The position numbers were made by a program, and so were the translations under genes. A stretch of DNA of 61,249 nucleotides. Source: an uncultured bacterium (GTDB taxonomy: Bacteria; Bdellovibrionota_B; Oligoflexia; Oligoflexales; CACXFL01). Location of the stretch: contig CACXFL010000017.1 of NCBI GenBank assembly GCA_902766925.1, positions 1 to 61,249 on the forward strand, read 5' to 3'. The notes below the pieces were generated by a model. It saw only the letters and a program-made list of their open reading frames with translations, did not search any database and was not told where the DNA came from. Of the stretch, positions 1-8,872 are shown in pieces; within the stretch, counting starts at the first letter, position 1; each line of letters begins with the position of its first letter.

Positions 1-66
1 ACTAAAATTTTGTTAAATTAACTTGCTTTTTAATTATTACTATATAACATACTTATTATACAGCTG

Positions 67-82
67 TGTTGTATATACAACA
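67..82. repeat. Perfect 16-bp palindrome TGTTGTATATACAACA followed by ATTTTT (hairpin/terminator-like or operator)
   Basis: All 8 base pairs checked by hand (67-82). A T-run follows at 84-88. It lies directly upstream of the G+C-rich island. Confidence 0.6.
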
Positions 83-91
83 ATTTTTACT

Positions 92-360
92 GTGGACGCT
101 TTTGGTTGTGATCACTAACCGAAGTTGACAGGCGAGAAAACGGTTGGATGCGAAAGTAAAGTATCGAGGGCACTCGTTAAACCAAAAGCTGGGACACAGT
201 TATTACGGAGTATACTCTGTAGTAAGGGGTGCAGTCAATCACCCCACGATGTAACGCCACGGTAGGTAGCAATACCTATTGGGGTGAGAAGGTTGGAGGC
301 AGTAATGTCGCTTGTACAGCTGGGCAGTTACAAGCCCTATCACCTTTAGGTGATGGGTAG
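92..360 (+). ncRNA. Candidate structured RNA of unresolved identity, possibly a group II intron domain I-like fragment
   Basis: No ORF. Hand-counted 49% G+C over 121-360, against 13% in 1-60. Local helices at 115-121/141-147, 205-220, 226-245, 261-280 (GCAA tetraloop), 311-316/329-334 and 335-357. The GNRA loop favours the plus strand. Confidence 0.3.
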
Positions 361-426
361 TTGACTGAATTTATCAATGATTTCAAGTAGTATAGGCAGT
401 GTAGATATCTTTAAGAAATAGGATAA

Positions 427-990
427 CATCATGATGCTGGTAGAACGGGACAGATTTTAGACTATACGGATGTGGCTCGGAACGTAGGTGTATCTGCTGG
501 TAGTATAAAAAATTGGATATCGATTCTTAGAACATCAGGACTTATTTTTCTACTACAGCCTTATTATAAAAATGTAACTAAGCGTTTTACAAAAACTCCT
601 AAACTATATTTTTTGGATACTGGACTTGCTTCCTATCTTGCTGGATGGACGACTAGTGAAGCACTGCGCTATGGCATATCATCTGGTAATTTTTTTGAGA
701 CCTTTGTAATAAGTGAAATCATAAAATCATATCGTCACAATCTTATAAATCCATCTATTTATTTTTTCAGAGATGAAAAGGATCATGAAATAGATTTACT
801 TATTCAAAAAAATGGAACGTTTTATCCTATAGAGATAAACCAGCATTCTACTCCGAGTATAAAGGATATTTCAGCATTTAAAATATTTTCAAAAATAGAA
901 AAGGTTGAGTATGGATGTGAAATATGTTTAACCCCAGAGCCACAATCTCTTTCGTCTCAGGCGAATGCTATTTCAATATGGAATATCTAA
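427..990 (+). pseudogene. 5'-truncated DUF4143-domain AAA+ ATPase (C-terminal fragment only)
   Basis: PKLYFLDTGL and the surrounding sequence are typical of the DUF4143 C-terminal domain. In-frame similarity (AGRTGQILDYTDVARNVGVS) continues upstream of the GTG at 472 to a stop codon at 424-426. The N-terminal Walker ATPase half is absent. Confidence 0.7.
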
Positions 991-1194
991 TAGCTAAACT
1001 CAAAATAGTGGTATTATTTTTAATCATCTTCTAGTAGAGAGCTTATTTTAATTTTTTCTAGGAGAACATTTTTATGCTAGGTATAAAGAGCTAATAATAA
1101 CTACCTAGAATTATTATGTAATATTTGTGCTAGCTAGATTTATAGTGATTTTTATAAGGTATGCTAATATGGTATAGAGGATAGATGGGAATAA

Positions 1195-2340
1195 TTGATA
1201 GATAAAGGGTTTGAGAGAAAATATATGGGAAAAGATAAGGGTAGTGTTTTTACATCTTTATTTCGTTCTTTAAGAGAAGACTCCTTGTTTATATTTGAAC
1301 ATATGGGAATAGATGAGGGAGAAGGAGCTATAAAGTATATAGTGTCTAAATACCTTCATATATCCGGGGTGTATAGATTTTCGGGAACAGTTCAAGATAG
1401 ATATGAGACAGCATTTGAATCTGAACAATTTGAAAGATTAGATTTTGGTTCTAAGATTGAAAAAATTATTAGGGATGTAGTAAAAAATATTGAAAAAAAA
1501 GAACTAAATAAAAACGGAGGAACAGTACTAGAAGAACATCAAATTACTAGTTTATCCTCTTTTTTATGTAAAGATACGAAGGAATTAGATTTTGGATACG
1601 GTCCAGTAGATGAGGGTGGGGATATCTATTACTATTATCTAAGAACTTCCAAGAACGGATATTTATTGTTTAGTGGTAAGAATAAATATGAGTATAGTTC
1701 GGAGGTTTTGGGATATTTAGCTGAGCAGTATCATATTTTTAAACTTCAACAAGATAAAATAGATATATCTCAGTCAATGCTATATATAGATGAAGTAACA
1801 GGAGTTTATAATACTAGATATCTTGATATGATACTTGATTCTGAAATTAAAAGATCTTTAAGATTTAAAGAAGAGTTTAGTTTACTATTTTTAGACTTAG
1901 ATGAATTTAAAAAAGTAAATGATATCTATGGACATCTTACTGGAAGTAGTGTGTTGGTACAGGTAGCAACTTTGTTTAAAAGTACACTTAGACAAATAGA
2001 TACCATTGTACGTTATGGAGGAGATGAGTTTGTAGTTCTTCTTTTAAATACTAACGAGAGTCAAGCTATGACTACAGCTGAAAGATTAAGATCTAAGGTA
2101 GAAGAGTCTATGTTTTATACTCATGATAATAAACATAAACTTCATCTTACTGTGTCTATAGGAATTGCTTCATTTCCTAAAGTAGATACTAAAGAAAAAT
2201 TACTTAAAATTGCAGACGAAGCAATGTACATGAGTAAAAGGAGTGGAAAAAATCAGGTTATGATATGGCAGAATAATATTGTAGATTATAATTCAAGAAT
2301 AGATCAAAATTTTATAAAGATAGAGGAATCTTCAAGGTAG
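1195..2340 (+). CDS. GGDEF-domain diguanylate cyclase with an uncharacterised N-terminal domain
   Basis: VRYGGDEFVVLL active-site motif and GVYNTRYL. The ORF starts with TTG at 1195; ATG at 1225 is an alternative. Confidence 0.85.
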   Translation: MIDKGFERKYMGKDKGSVFTSLFRSLREDSLFIFEHMGIDEGEGAIKYIVSKYLHISGVYRFSGTVQDRYETAFESEQFERLDFGSKIEKIIRDVVKNIEKKELNKNGGTVLEEHQITSLSSFLCKDTKELDFGYGPVDEGGDIYYYYLRTSKNGYLLFSGKNKYEYSSEVLGYLAEQYHIFKLQQDKIDISQSMLYIDEVTGVYNTRYLDMILDSEIKRSLRFKEEFSLLFLDLDEFKKVNDIYGHLTGSSVLVQVATLFKSTLRQIDTIVRYGGDEFVVLLLNTNESQAMTTAERLRSKVEESMFYTHDNKHKLHLTVSIGIASFPKVDTKEKLLKIADEAMYMSKRSGKNQVMIWQNNIVDYNSRIDQNFIKIEESSR

Positions 2341-2376
2341 AAGAAAAGTAAATATTAATAACATAAGGATATAAGA

Positions 2377-3654
2377 ATGCAACAGATTAAAAAACTAAAA
2401 CTACTGATAGTAGTAGCTATTCTGGTATTTGGATTTGGATTTGGTTCTAGTTTTTTAGAAGCAAGAAATAGTTTTTCTAGTGAGGTAGGATTTTCAGATA
2501 TAGATCAAGTAGATGTATATCTTGTAACAGTAGAGCCTAGATATGAAGTTCATAGAATGTTTGGTCATACGTTGATTAGATTGGTAGATAACAGTCAGGG
2601 AATTGATATAGCTATTAATTGGGGTATTTTTGATTTTAATGAATCGGGTTTTTTATTTAAGTTTTTAAAGGGAGATTTATATTATTGGGTAGAAGCTTAT
2701 AGTTTTAGATCTCAGATGAATTTTTGGAAACGAGATGGGTGTACTGTATGGCAGGATAGGTTAAATTTAACATCTAACCAAAAAAGACGTCTTGTAGATA
2801 GAATTCTAACTAACCTAAAAGAAGAAAATAAATATTTTAAATATTCATATTTTAGAAAAAACTGTGCTACTTATCCTAGAGATTATATAGATGAGGTTTT
2901 ATTAGGATATGTTCAGAAAAAATATTCAGATAAAACAAATTTAACATATAGAAAAGATGCACTAACTAATCTATCTTTGAACCCTTTTACATATATGGGA
3001 GTAGATCTAATCTTTAATTCTAATACAGATAAACCTGTATCTATTTGGGAGAGAATGTATAAACCGGGGATACTAAGAGAAGGACTATTAAAACTTAATA
3101 GTATGGATGATAGTGGAAATTTAACTCAAGATCTTCTACTATTAGATTCCAAACTTCTAACAGAATCAGATCCAGCTATAACTTCTCGGTTTAACGGATA
3201 TGATCTTTTCTCTTTGATGTGTATACTAATATTTTTGATAAGTTTCTATTACTATAGAAGAGCGAAACAGAACAACCCTACCTATATGTTGTTAATAGGG
3301 ATTTATACTCTATTTTCAACCTTTGCAGGATTGATCCTAGTATTTTTCTGGACTATGACTAATCAGATAGATTGTGTTGCAAATTTTAATCTGTTTATGT
3401 TTTGGCCAGTGGATATAGGAGCCTTGTTTGTAATTTGGTGGTTATCTAGAATAAAAAGGGGATCTATGTTGTTTAGATACTACTGTATTTTAAGGATTCT
3501 TTTATGTATAGGTGGAATCTTGGGGTATTTGGTATCTTTTATAGAGCAGGATATATCAAGGATTATATTGTATCTAGCTCCTATTCATATTTTAGTATAC
3601 GTACTTATGTTAAATTTTGAATTAAATATGAGAAAGTTATCTTCTAGTAAATAG
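2377..3654 (+). CDS. DUF4105-like periplasmic domain fused to a multi-pass membrane C-terminus
   Basis: Signal/TM N-terminus. The FGHTLIRL and YFRKNCATYPRDYI motifs resemble DUF4105 (Lnb N-terminal). Several hydrophobic helices lie in the last ~150 aa. Confidence 0.6.
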   Translation: MQQIKKLKLLIVVAILVFGFGFGSSFLEARNSFSSEVGFSDIDQVDVYLVTVEPRYEVHRMFGHTLIRLVDNSQGIDIAINWGIFDFNESGFLFKFLKGDLYYWVEAYSFRSQMNFWKRDGCTVWQDRLNLTSNQKRRLVDRILTNLKEENKYFKYSYFRKNCATYPRDYIDEVLLGYVQKKYSDKTNLTYRKDALTNLSLNPFTYMGVDLIFNSNTDKPVSIWERMYKPGILREGLLKLNSMDDSGNLTQDLLLLDSKLLTESDPAITSRFNGYDLFSLMCILIFLISFYYYRRAKQNNPTYMLLIGIYTLFSTFAGLILVFFWTMTNQIDCVANFNLFMFWPVDIGALFVIWWLSRIKRGSMLFRYYCILRILLCIGGILGYLVSFIEQDISRIILYLAPIHILVYVLMLNFELNMRKLSSSK

Positions 3655-3742
3655 GTTATATTTTATCCATAAAACCAAGCTAGATATCACCTATAACTTA
3701 GGATATAATTTAGTAGATAGGTTCTTAAGATAAGGGGTAATT

Positions 3743-4696
3743 ATGGCTATTAGAAAAACTAGCTTGGATAATGTTTCTAAGAAGAATAAAAAAGCTAAAA
3801 AATCATCAGATTCATATTATGAATCTGATGATAATGATGAATATGATGATTATACTGATAGTGAAGATAGTGAAGAAGATGAGGATGATGAGCCTCAATG
3901 GAAGATAGATAAGACTAAGAAAAAGACAAAAAGTAAATCTTCTTTTTTGTCTAAAGAGGATGAGTATAATCAGATGATGGCAACAGAGGATTCATTGTCT
4001 GATTTTTTAAGAATAATAGAGTTAGAAAAAGAAGATTTATACGATTATATATTCAGAATGACTGGTAGATGTGATGATACGTCTAAGATAGTTAAAGAGA
4101 CTGCATCTGCGATGCAGTCTAATTATAAGAAGTTAAAAACATATCTAGATTTTAAAATAACATTGTATTCTACTGCTAGAAATTTTGCAGCAGATGATTG
4201 GAATAGTTTAACTGAAAAGTTAGAAAATCCTGGATATGCTGAACTAAATGTAGGAGCTCTTCCTAGATCTAAACAAAGGGTTAGATTGATTGAAAAAACT
4301 TTTCAATCAATTGATAAGAGTTGGATAAAAGAAGCTTTGCTTCTTCGCTACAGGTATATGTTTTCTCCTTCTGAAGCTGCTACCATTATGTCCTCATCTG
4401 TAACCACGGTAAAATCTTTTGAAGAAGCAGGACTTAAATTTATAGCTTCTAATACTAAGATGAGTTCAGAAGAAATTAAACAGATTATTCCTCAATTTCC
4501 TGAGTATTCTTTTATATCTACTGGCTCTATGACTACTAAAGCTTTAAGTCAGGTTATGGGGTCTATCAAAAAAGATTCAAATTATAACAGAGGTTTTTGG
4601 TTTACTCTTCTTCGAGTTATGGTTCTTGTTGCAATAGGAGCTGGAATTTACTATCTATACGATAATTATTTAAGGTATGTGATAGAAAGATTTTAG
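3743..4696 (+). CDS. ECF sigma-70-like protein with an acidic/basic N-terminal extension and a C-terminal TM helix
   Basis: Region-2-like DLYDYIFRMTGRCDDTSKIVKETAS...LYSTARNFAADDW. Region-4-like LLLRYRYMFSPSEAATIMSSSVTTVKSFEEAGLKFI. C-terminal hydrophobic helix FWFTLLRVMVLVAIGAGIYYLY. Confidence 0.45.
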   Translation: MAIRKTSLDNVSKKNKKAKKSSDSYYESDDNDEYDDYTDSEDSEEDEDDEPQWKIDKTKKKTKSKSSFLSKEDEYNQMMATEDSLSDFLRIIELEKEDLYDYIFRMTGRCDDTSKIVKETASAMQSNYKKLKTYLDFKITLYSTARNFAADDWNSLTEKLENPGYAELNVGALPRSKQRVRLIEKTFQSIDKSWIKEALLLRYRYMFSPSEAATIMSSSVTTVKSFEEAGLKFIASNTKMSSEEIKQIIPQFPEYSFISTGSMTTKALSQVMGSIKKDSNYNRGFWFTLLRVMVLVAIGAGIYYLYDNYLRYVIERF

Positions 4697-4739
4697 TTTA
4701 ATAGAATAGTTAAGAAGGTATTGGGGAGAGGCTGAAAAC

Positions 4740-5843
4740 TTGAGTGATGAACCTAAAGATGTGTTAATGAAAGATTTATTTACAAAAAAATATAGTTATT
4801 TTTTTGTAAATAAACATCAAAAAGATCCTTGTTTATATTTAGTTAATAATTTAACAGGAAGGGCTTGTTTGTTTGATTTAGGAGAGATTCACTCTCTTTC
4901 TGGTAGAAACTTACTTAAGGTAGATACAGTATTTATCTCTCATACTCATATGGATCATTTTATTGGATTTGATGATCTACTTCGTATTAATATACCTTCT
5001 TTTAAGTTAAAAACCCTTGTAGGTCCCAAAGGAATTGCTGATCAGGTTTATCATAGAATCGCTTCATATAGTTGGAATCTGTTGGAGAAAGATCAGGTTC
5101 AGTTTTTAGTAAAAGAGATTACCAGTAACGAAGTTAAAACTTTTCTTCTTTCCAACACCACTGGATTTATCCCTCAACCTGTTAACGCTAGTAAAGATAT
5201 TTCATCCGGCTTATCCTATCCTGTTTTAAGTTTAGATAACCAGGATGAGATCTATGCTGTTATTTTAGATCATGGGATAGATAGTATAGGTTATTTATAT
5301 AAAACAGCTTCTAAATTTAAAGTGGATACCTCTAAGTTAGAAAGTCTAGGAGCTAGTCAAGGAAAATGGATCGGGGAGTTAATATCAAAGGTTGAATCAG
5401 CTCAATTTGAAGATTATATCAATGTAGAATTAAAAGATGGAACTTATTCTCGAATGAAAGTAGAGACTTTGTATCATAGGATACTAGAGGTTATTCCTCC
5501 AAGATCTTTTGGATATATTACCGATTTTTATTTTTCAGAATCTAATTTAAAAAAACTTAAATCTTTGTTTTATGGAGTAGATCTATTATTTTCAGAATCT
5601 ACTTTTATGGATGAAGATTATAAAAAAGCACGTCTTAAAAAACATCTTACTACAAGACAAGCAGCCCTGATTGGATCAGCTCTTAAAGTAGATAAGATGA
5701 ATATCTTTCATTTTTCCCGTTCTTATCCTGATGAGAAGATGGTTGAAACTGAGTTTAATCAGTTTTTTGATAGATTTAAAACCCTAGATTCATCCAGGTT
5801 AGATCATCTTATTCAAGAAGAACTTCAAAGAATAAAAGAATAA
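4740..5843 (+). CDS. MBL-fold metallo-hydrolase (RNase Z-like family)
   Basis: HxHxDH motif (ISHTHMDHFIGFDDL). TTG start preceded by GGAGAGG. Confidence 0.7.
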   Translation: MSDEPKDVLMKDLFTKKYSYFFVNKHQKDPCLYLVNNLTGRACLFDLGEIHSLSGRNLLKVDTVFISHTHMDHFIGFDDLLRINIPSFKLKTLVGPKGIADQVYHRIASYSWNLLEKDQVQFLVKEITSNEVKTFLLSNTTGFIPQPVNASKDISSGLSYPVLSLDNQDEIYAVILDHGIDSIGYLYKTASKFKVDTSKLESLGASQGKWIGELISKVESAQFEDYINVELKDGTYSRMKVETLYHRILEVIPPRSFGYITDFYFSESNLKKLKSLFYGVDLLFSESTFMDEDYKKARLKKHLTTRQAALIGSALKVDKMNIFHFSRSYPDEKMVETEFNQFFDRFKTLDSSRLDHLIQEELQRIKE

Positions 5844-5902
5844 TCAGAGATACTCGTTTATTAAACTAGAAGACCTCCTTTAGAACCAGTAGGTATAGGA
5901 GA

Positions 5903-5943
5903 GTTTCGTTTAATTTGGAGTTACACTCCAAATTAAACGAAAC
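5903..5943. terminator. Perfect 19-bp hairpin with a 3-nt loop between convergent genes; no U-tract
   Basis: gtttcgtttaatttggagt / tac / actccaaattaaacgaaac, verified base by base. Confidence 0.4.
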
Positions 5944-6061
5944 ATAGGGATATTGATAAAAGAGGTAGAGTAGGAGCTAATAACAAAAATTATTAAATAA
6001 TTTTAAAAGGTTAATAATCTTTTATATCTAGATTGTAAAATAAGACTTTGACCAGATTCAA

Positions 6062-6919
6062 TTAAATCATCCCATGTAATTTAAACAGGAGATTTTGAAT
6101 CCAAGCTCCAAATCCTAGATGAAGAAATGCTCCCAGAGCTAAAAAAGGTCCGTAAGGAATAGCTGTTTTCATTCCTTCTTTCTTTTTAGCTACAATGATA
6201 AAGATAATTCCTATGATAGCTCCTATAATAGATCCAAGCATTATAGTAGGAAGAATAGATTCGGATCCAAGCCATCCACCAATTCCAGCAAGAAGTTTAA
6301 CATCTCCAAATCCTAATCCTATTTCTTTTCTTATTATGTAATATAACCATGCTATGATAAATAAACTTCCTCCACCTATAAGAACTCCTAGAAGAGAAGA
6401 TTTCCAACTAAGATCTGGATGCATAAGAATAACCAGAGGAGTAGTTAGAATAAGACCTATACTAAGTACATCAGGTATTATCATATGTCTTATATCTATA
6501 ACGGTAGCAACTATAAGAACTGAACAAAATACAAAGGAGTGAGTAAAACGTGCTAGATTTAAAAAATCTATCTGGGAAGTATCATTAAGGTTATATATAA
6601 ATGGGGTTTTCCAGTATAGAAATACAAATATAATAGCTGTTAAAAATTCTACTATAGGATATTGGATTGATAAAGGACGTGAACAACATTTGGTTTTTCC
6701 CCGAAGGATAAAGTAAGAAAGAATAGGGATGTTAAGATAGAAAGGAATTTTTTCTCCACAGTACCTACAACAAGATCTACTGTTTTTAAAGAAAGTTTTT
6801 TCAGGTATTCTAAATATACAAACATTTAAAAAACTTCCTATTATAGATCCTAGAATAAAGATAAACCAACTTATCCAAGAAGTAAGTATTGGATATATAT
6901 GATAATAATAAAAACTCAT
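6062..6919 (-). CDS. pilD: Type IV prepilin peptidase / N-methyltransferase (A24 family)
   Basis: N-terminal CxxC..CC zinc-binding pattern (CRYCGEKIPFYLNIPILSY...KCC), GFGDVKLLAGIGGWLG, multi-TM. Confidence 0.9.
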   Translation of the reverse strand: MSFYYYHIYPILTSWISWFIFILGSIIGSFLNVCIFRIPEKTFFKNSRSCCRYCGEKIPFYLNIPILSYFILRGKTKCCSRPLSIQYPIVEFLTAIIFVFLYWKTPFIYNLNDTSQIDFLNLARFTHSFVFCSVLIVATVIDIRHMIIPDVLSIGLILTTPLVILMHPDLSWKSSLLGVLIGGGSLFIIAWLYYIIRKEIGLGFGDVKLLAGIGGWLGSESILPTIMLGSIIGAIIGIIFIIVAKKKEGMKTAIPYGPFLALGAFLHLGFGAWIQNLLFKLHGMI

Positions 6920-7109
6920 AGATACCTCGTATGTTTATTAATATATAAAGGGGGTAATATTCCCTTCTATCTTTAAACTATTCTATCAGTTTATCAGAGA
7001 TATCTGGTATTGAAAATAAATACATAAAAAAACTGGAAGAAGTTTTTGAATAAAATCAACGATTTTTGGAATAGATCTTGAAAGATAAAAAATAGTAGGT
7101 GAGGGGGTG

Positions 7110-7137
7110 TTGACAAGGAAAGAATCGGACTTATATT
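7110..7137 (+). promoter_or_regulatory. Sigma-70-like promoter for hsp20 (TTGACA, 16-nt spacer, TATATT)
   Basis: TTGACA at 7110-7115 and TATATT at 7132-7137. This implies a leader of about 150 nt before ATG 7295. Confidence 0.45.
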
Positions 7138-7294
7138 TGGGATGTAAGTTGAGTTGAAAATGGTTGTTATGGTTGATGGATGTTGATGGAATTAGGTTAG
7201 TTTAATAAGGTTTAGATATATAACGCGTTAGATATCAGAAATAGTTAATAATTGACGTTCAAGATGAGCTTGAATTGTTTTAAAGGAGGTATTT

Positions 7295-7741
7295 ATGCGT
7301 GGTAGTTTAGATCTATATAGAAATCAAAATAGAGTTTCTCCATTTAAATTTTTTAATAGTATTTTTCCTGAAGATTTTTCAGATCTGTTTTTTGATAAAG
7401 AACTAAAAAACAATTATCCTCTAGCTTGTGATACTATAGAAACAGAAAAATCATATATATATAAGATGGATATTCCTGGAGTTAATAAAGAGGATATTTC
7501 CTTATCAATTAACCATGATGTGCTAGAAGTAACTGCTCAAAGATCTCAAGAAGAAGAAGTTAAAGATAAAAAAGGAGTAAGAAGAACTGAAAGGTATTAT
7601 GGATCGTTCTATAGAGCAATTCCTCTTCCTCAAGATACAAAACAAGAAGTAGATGCAACTTATAAGAATGGGGTACTTACTTTGATTGTAGCTAAGGAAG
7701 AAGAATCGAAGAAGAATAAAAAGATTGAAATTAAAGGTTAA
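7295..7741 (+). CDS. Hsp20/alpha-crystallin family small heat-shock protein
   Basis: Alpha-crystallin domain pattern (YIYKMDIPGVNKEDISL...YKNGVLTLIVAK). AGGAGG SD. Confidence 0.9.
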   Translation: MRGSLDLYRNQNRVSPFKFFNSIFPEDFSDLFFDKELKNNYPLACDTIETEKSYIYKMDIPGVNKEDISLSINHDVLEVTAQRSQEEEVKDKKGVRRTERYYGSFYRAIPLPQDTKQEVDATYKNGVLTLIVAKEEESKKNKKIEIKG

Positions 7742-7812
7742 TAGATAAAAGAAGTCTTTAGTATCAATATGGGATTTGTAACTTAGCATCAATAAGTTAA
7801 CGTAGTAGAAAG

Positions 7813-7860
7813 AAAAGAGTCCTACAAGGTTTGAGATTTTTGTAGGACTCTTTTTTTATT
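7813..7860. terminator. Bidirectional rho-independent terminator
   Basis: aaaagagtcctacaa...ttgtaggactctttt stem flanked by an A-run and a T-run, between convergent genes. Confidence 0.75.
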
Positions 7861-7888
7861 TAAATTTTTATTTCTGACAAAGTATCTT

Positions 7889-8773
7889 TTATTTTGCTCT
7901 GTGAGTAGAGACACATTCTTTTTTTTCAGAAGTGAGCCAGGTGTTTCTATATGAACATTTAAATATTCTATGGTTATTACTTAATTCCCAATTTAATAAA
8001 CCTGAAGATGTAGGAGCGATGGATGAGCATACCCCATAAAATTCAGATAACTTATTTCCCTTAGACATCGAATCAGATAGTTCACCACATACTTTCTTAC
8101 AGGTTGTGCCAATATCACTGGTATAACTACTGATTTTTGAAGCATCAATATTATTTGTTCTAAAAGCTCTACAATGGTATTGATGTGTATTTACAACACC
8201 TCCTACGGCTATGAGAGTACCATTAGCAATCGATGATAATGTTTTATTGGTAGTTACTGGAGTATTAGGAGTATTTGGAGTAGGATCTGTGTTATCTTTA
8301 TTTATTACTCCTGTAATTTTTGCATTTACTTTTTCAGTAGTAATTTTTGCTTCTATTTCTTTACTTCCTTCTTGTGGTCCTCCTTTACATTCGTCTTGAC
8401 CAAGGTTTATTATTACATCAATGGATTCTCCTTCTGCTTGTTCTACATCCTTACTTCCTTTATACCAACACGTTTCAGCTGAAGAGGTATCAGTACCTTT
8501 TTTCCAAACTGTAAGGGTAAAAGTATAAGGAAAACAAGTTTTATCTAATTCTAATTGAGTTTCTCCACTTTGAGAGGCTTCTTCAGTACGGGAACAATTC
8601 TCTTTATTTGATTTAGCATCTAACACGGTTTTTTCAACATCACTAATAATTTCATCTGGTAGGCCTACATTAATAGTTGATACTTCGGAAGTATTTTGAG
8701 GTGCTTTTAAACAAGAAACCATAATTCCTAAAGAAAGAATCATAAAACCACATAATACAATTATTTTTCTCAT
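7889..8773 (-). CDS. CFPY-motif lipoprotein, paralog A (Cys-rich C-terminal half)
   Basis: Likely start is MRKIIVLCGF at 8773. Lipobox VSC|LKAP. Shares VGLPDE, CFPYTFTLTVWK and WYKGS with the genes at 8873-9778 and 11852-12622. Confidence 0.7.
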   Translation of the reverse strand: MRKIIVLCGFMILSLGIMVSCLKAPQNTSEVSTINVGLPDEIISDVEKTVLDAKSNKENCSRTEEASQSGETQLELDKTCFPYTFTLTVWKKGTDTSSAETCWYKGSKDVEQAEGESIDVIINLGQDECKGGPQEGSKEIEAKITTEKVNAKITGVINKDNTDPTPNTPNTPVTTNKTLSSIANGTLIAVGGVVNTHQYHCRAFRTNNIDASKISSYTSDIGTTCKKVCGELSDSMSKGNKLSEFYGVCSSIAPTSSGLLNWELSNNHRIFKCSYRNTWLTSEKKECVSTHRAK

Positions 8774-8872
8774 AACATGAATCTCCCAATTTAATAAAGT
8801 TAATAACAAGATTATTATATCTTAACTTCATATTGTAATAAAACTTAATTAAAACTTATGGAGTAATTTTAA

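Noticed and set aside
92-360. Could the G+C-rich island be RNase P RNA, tmRNA or SRP RNA?
   Set aside because: There is no GGAAAGUCC (P4) element on either strand. There is no tRNA-like T-arm (GGUUCGA-type) or CCA end for tmRNA. There is no GGAA-tetraloop/AGCA domain IV for SRP. The 5' GUGGACGC...GGUUGUGA only superficially resembles a tmRNA 5' end.
333-362. Hairpin AAGCCCTATCACC-TTTA-GGTGATGGGTAGTT as group II intron domain V (AGC triad plus 2-nt bulge)
   Set aside because: The geometry is wrong. The bulge would lie 3 bp from the base instead of about 9 bp. The loop is UUUA rather than GNRA, and no domain VI or 3' AY boundary follows.
6354-6542. Short antisense or out-of-frame ORFs nested in longer genes: 6354-6542, 7523-7792, 8211-8399, 9124-9315, 11151-11366, 12270-12506, 15085-15480, 19846-20040, 21539-21745, 24493-24696, 27873-28088, 29233-29604, 30744-31040, 39072-39290, 54533-54829, 60588-60869
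   Set aside because: Each lies entirely or largely inside a longer ORF with recognisable motifs or signal peptides. The translations are low-complexity or hydrophobic mirror images, and none has an SD.
7268-7273. CTTGAA upstream of hsp20 as a sigma-32 -35 element
   Set aside because: It lies only about 22 nt from the start codon, with no CCCCAT-type -10 element. It is better explained as one arm of a small leader hairpin.
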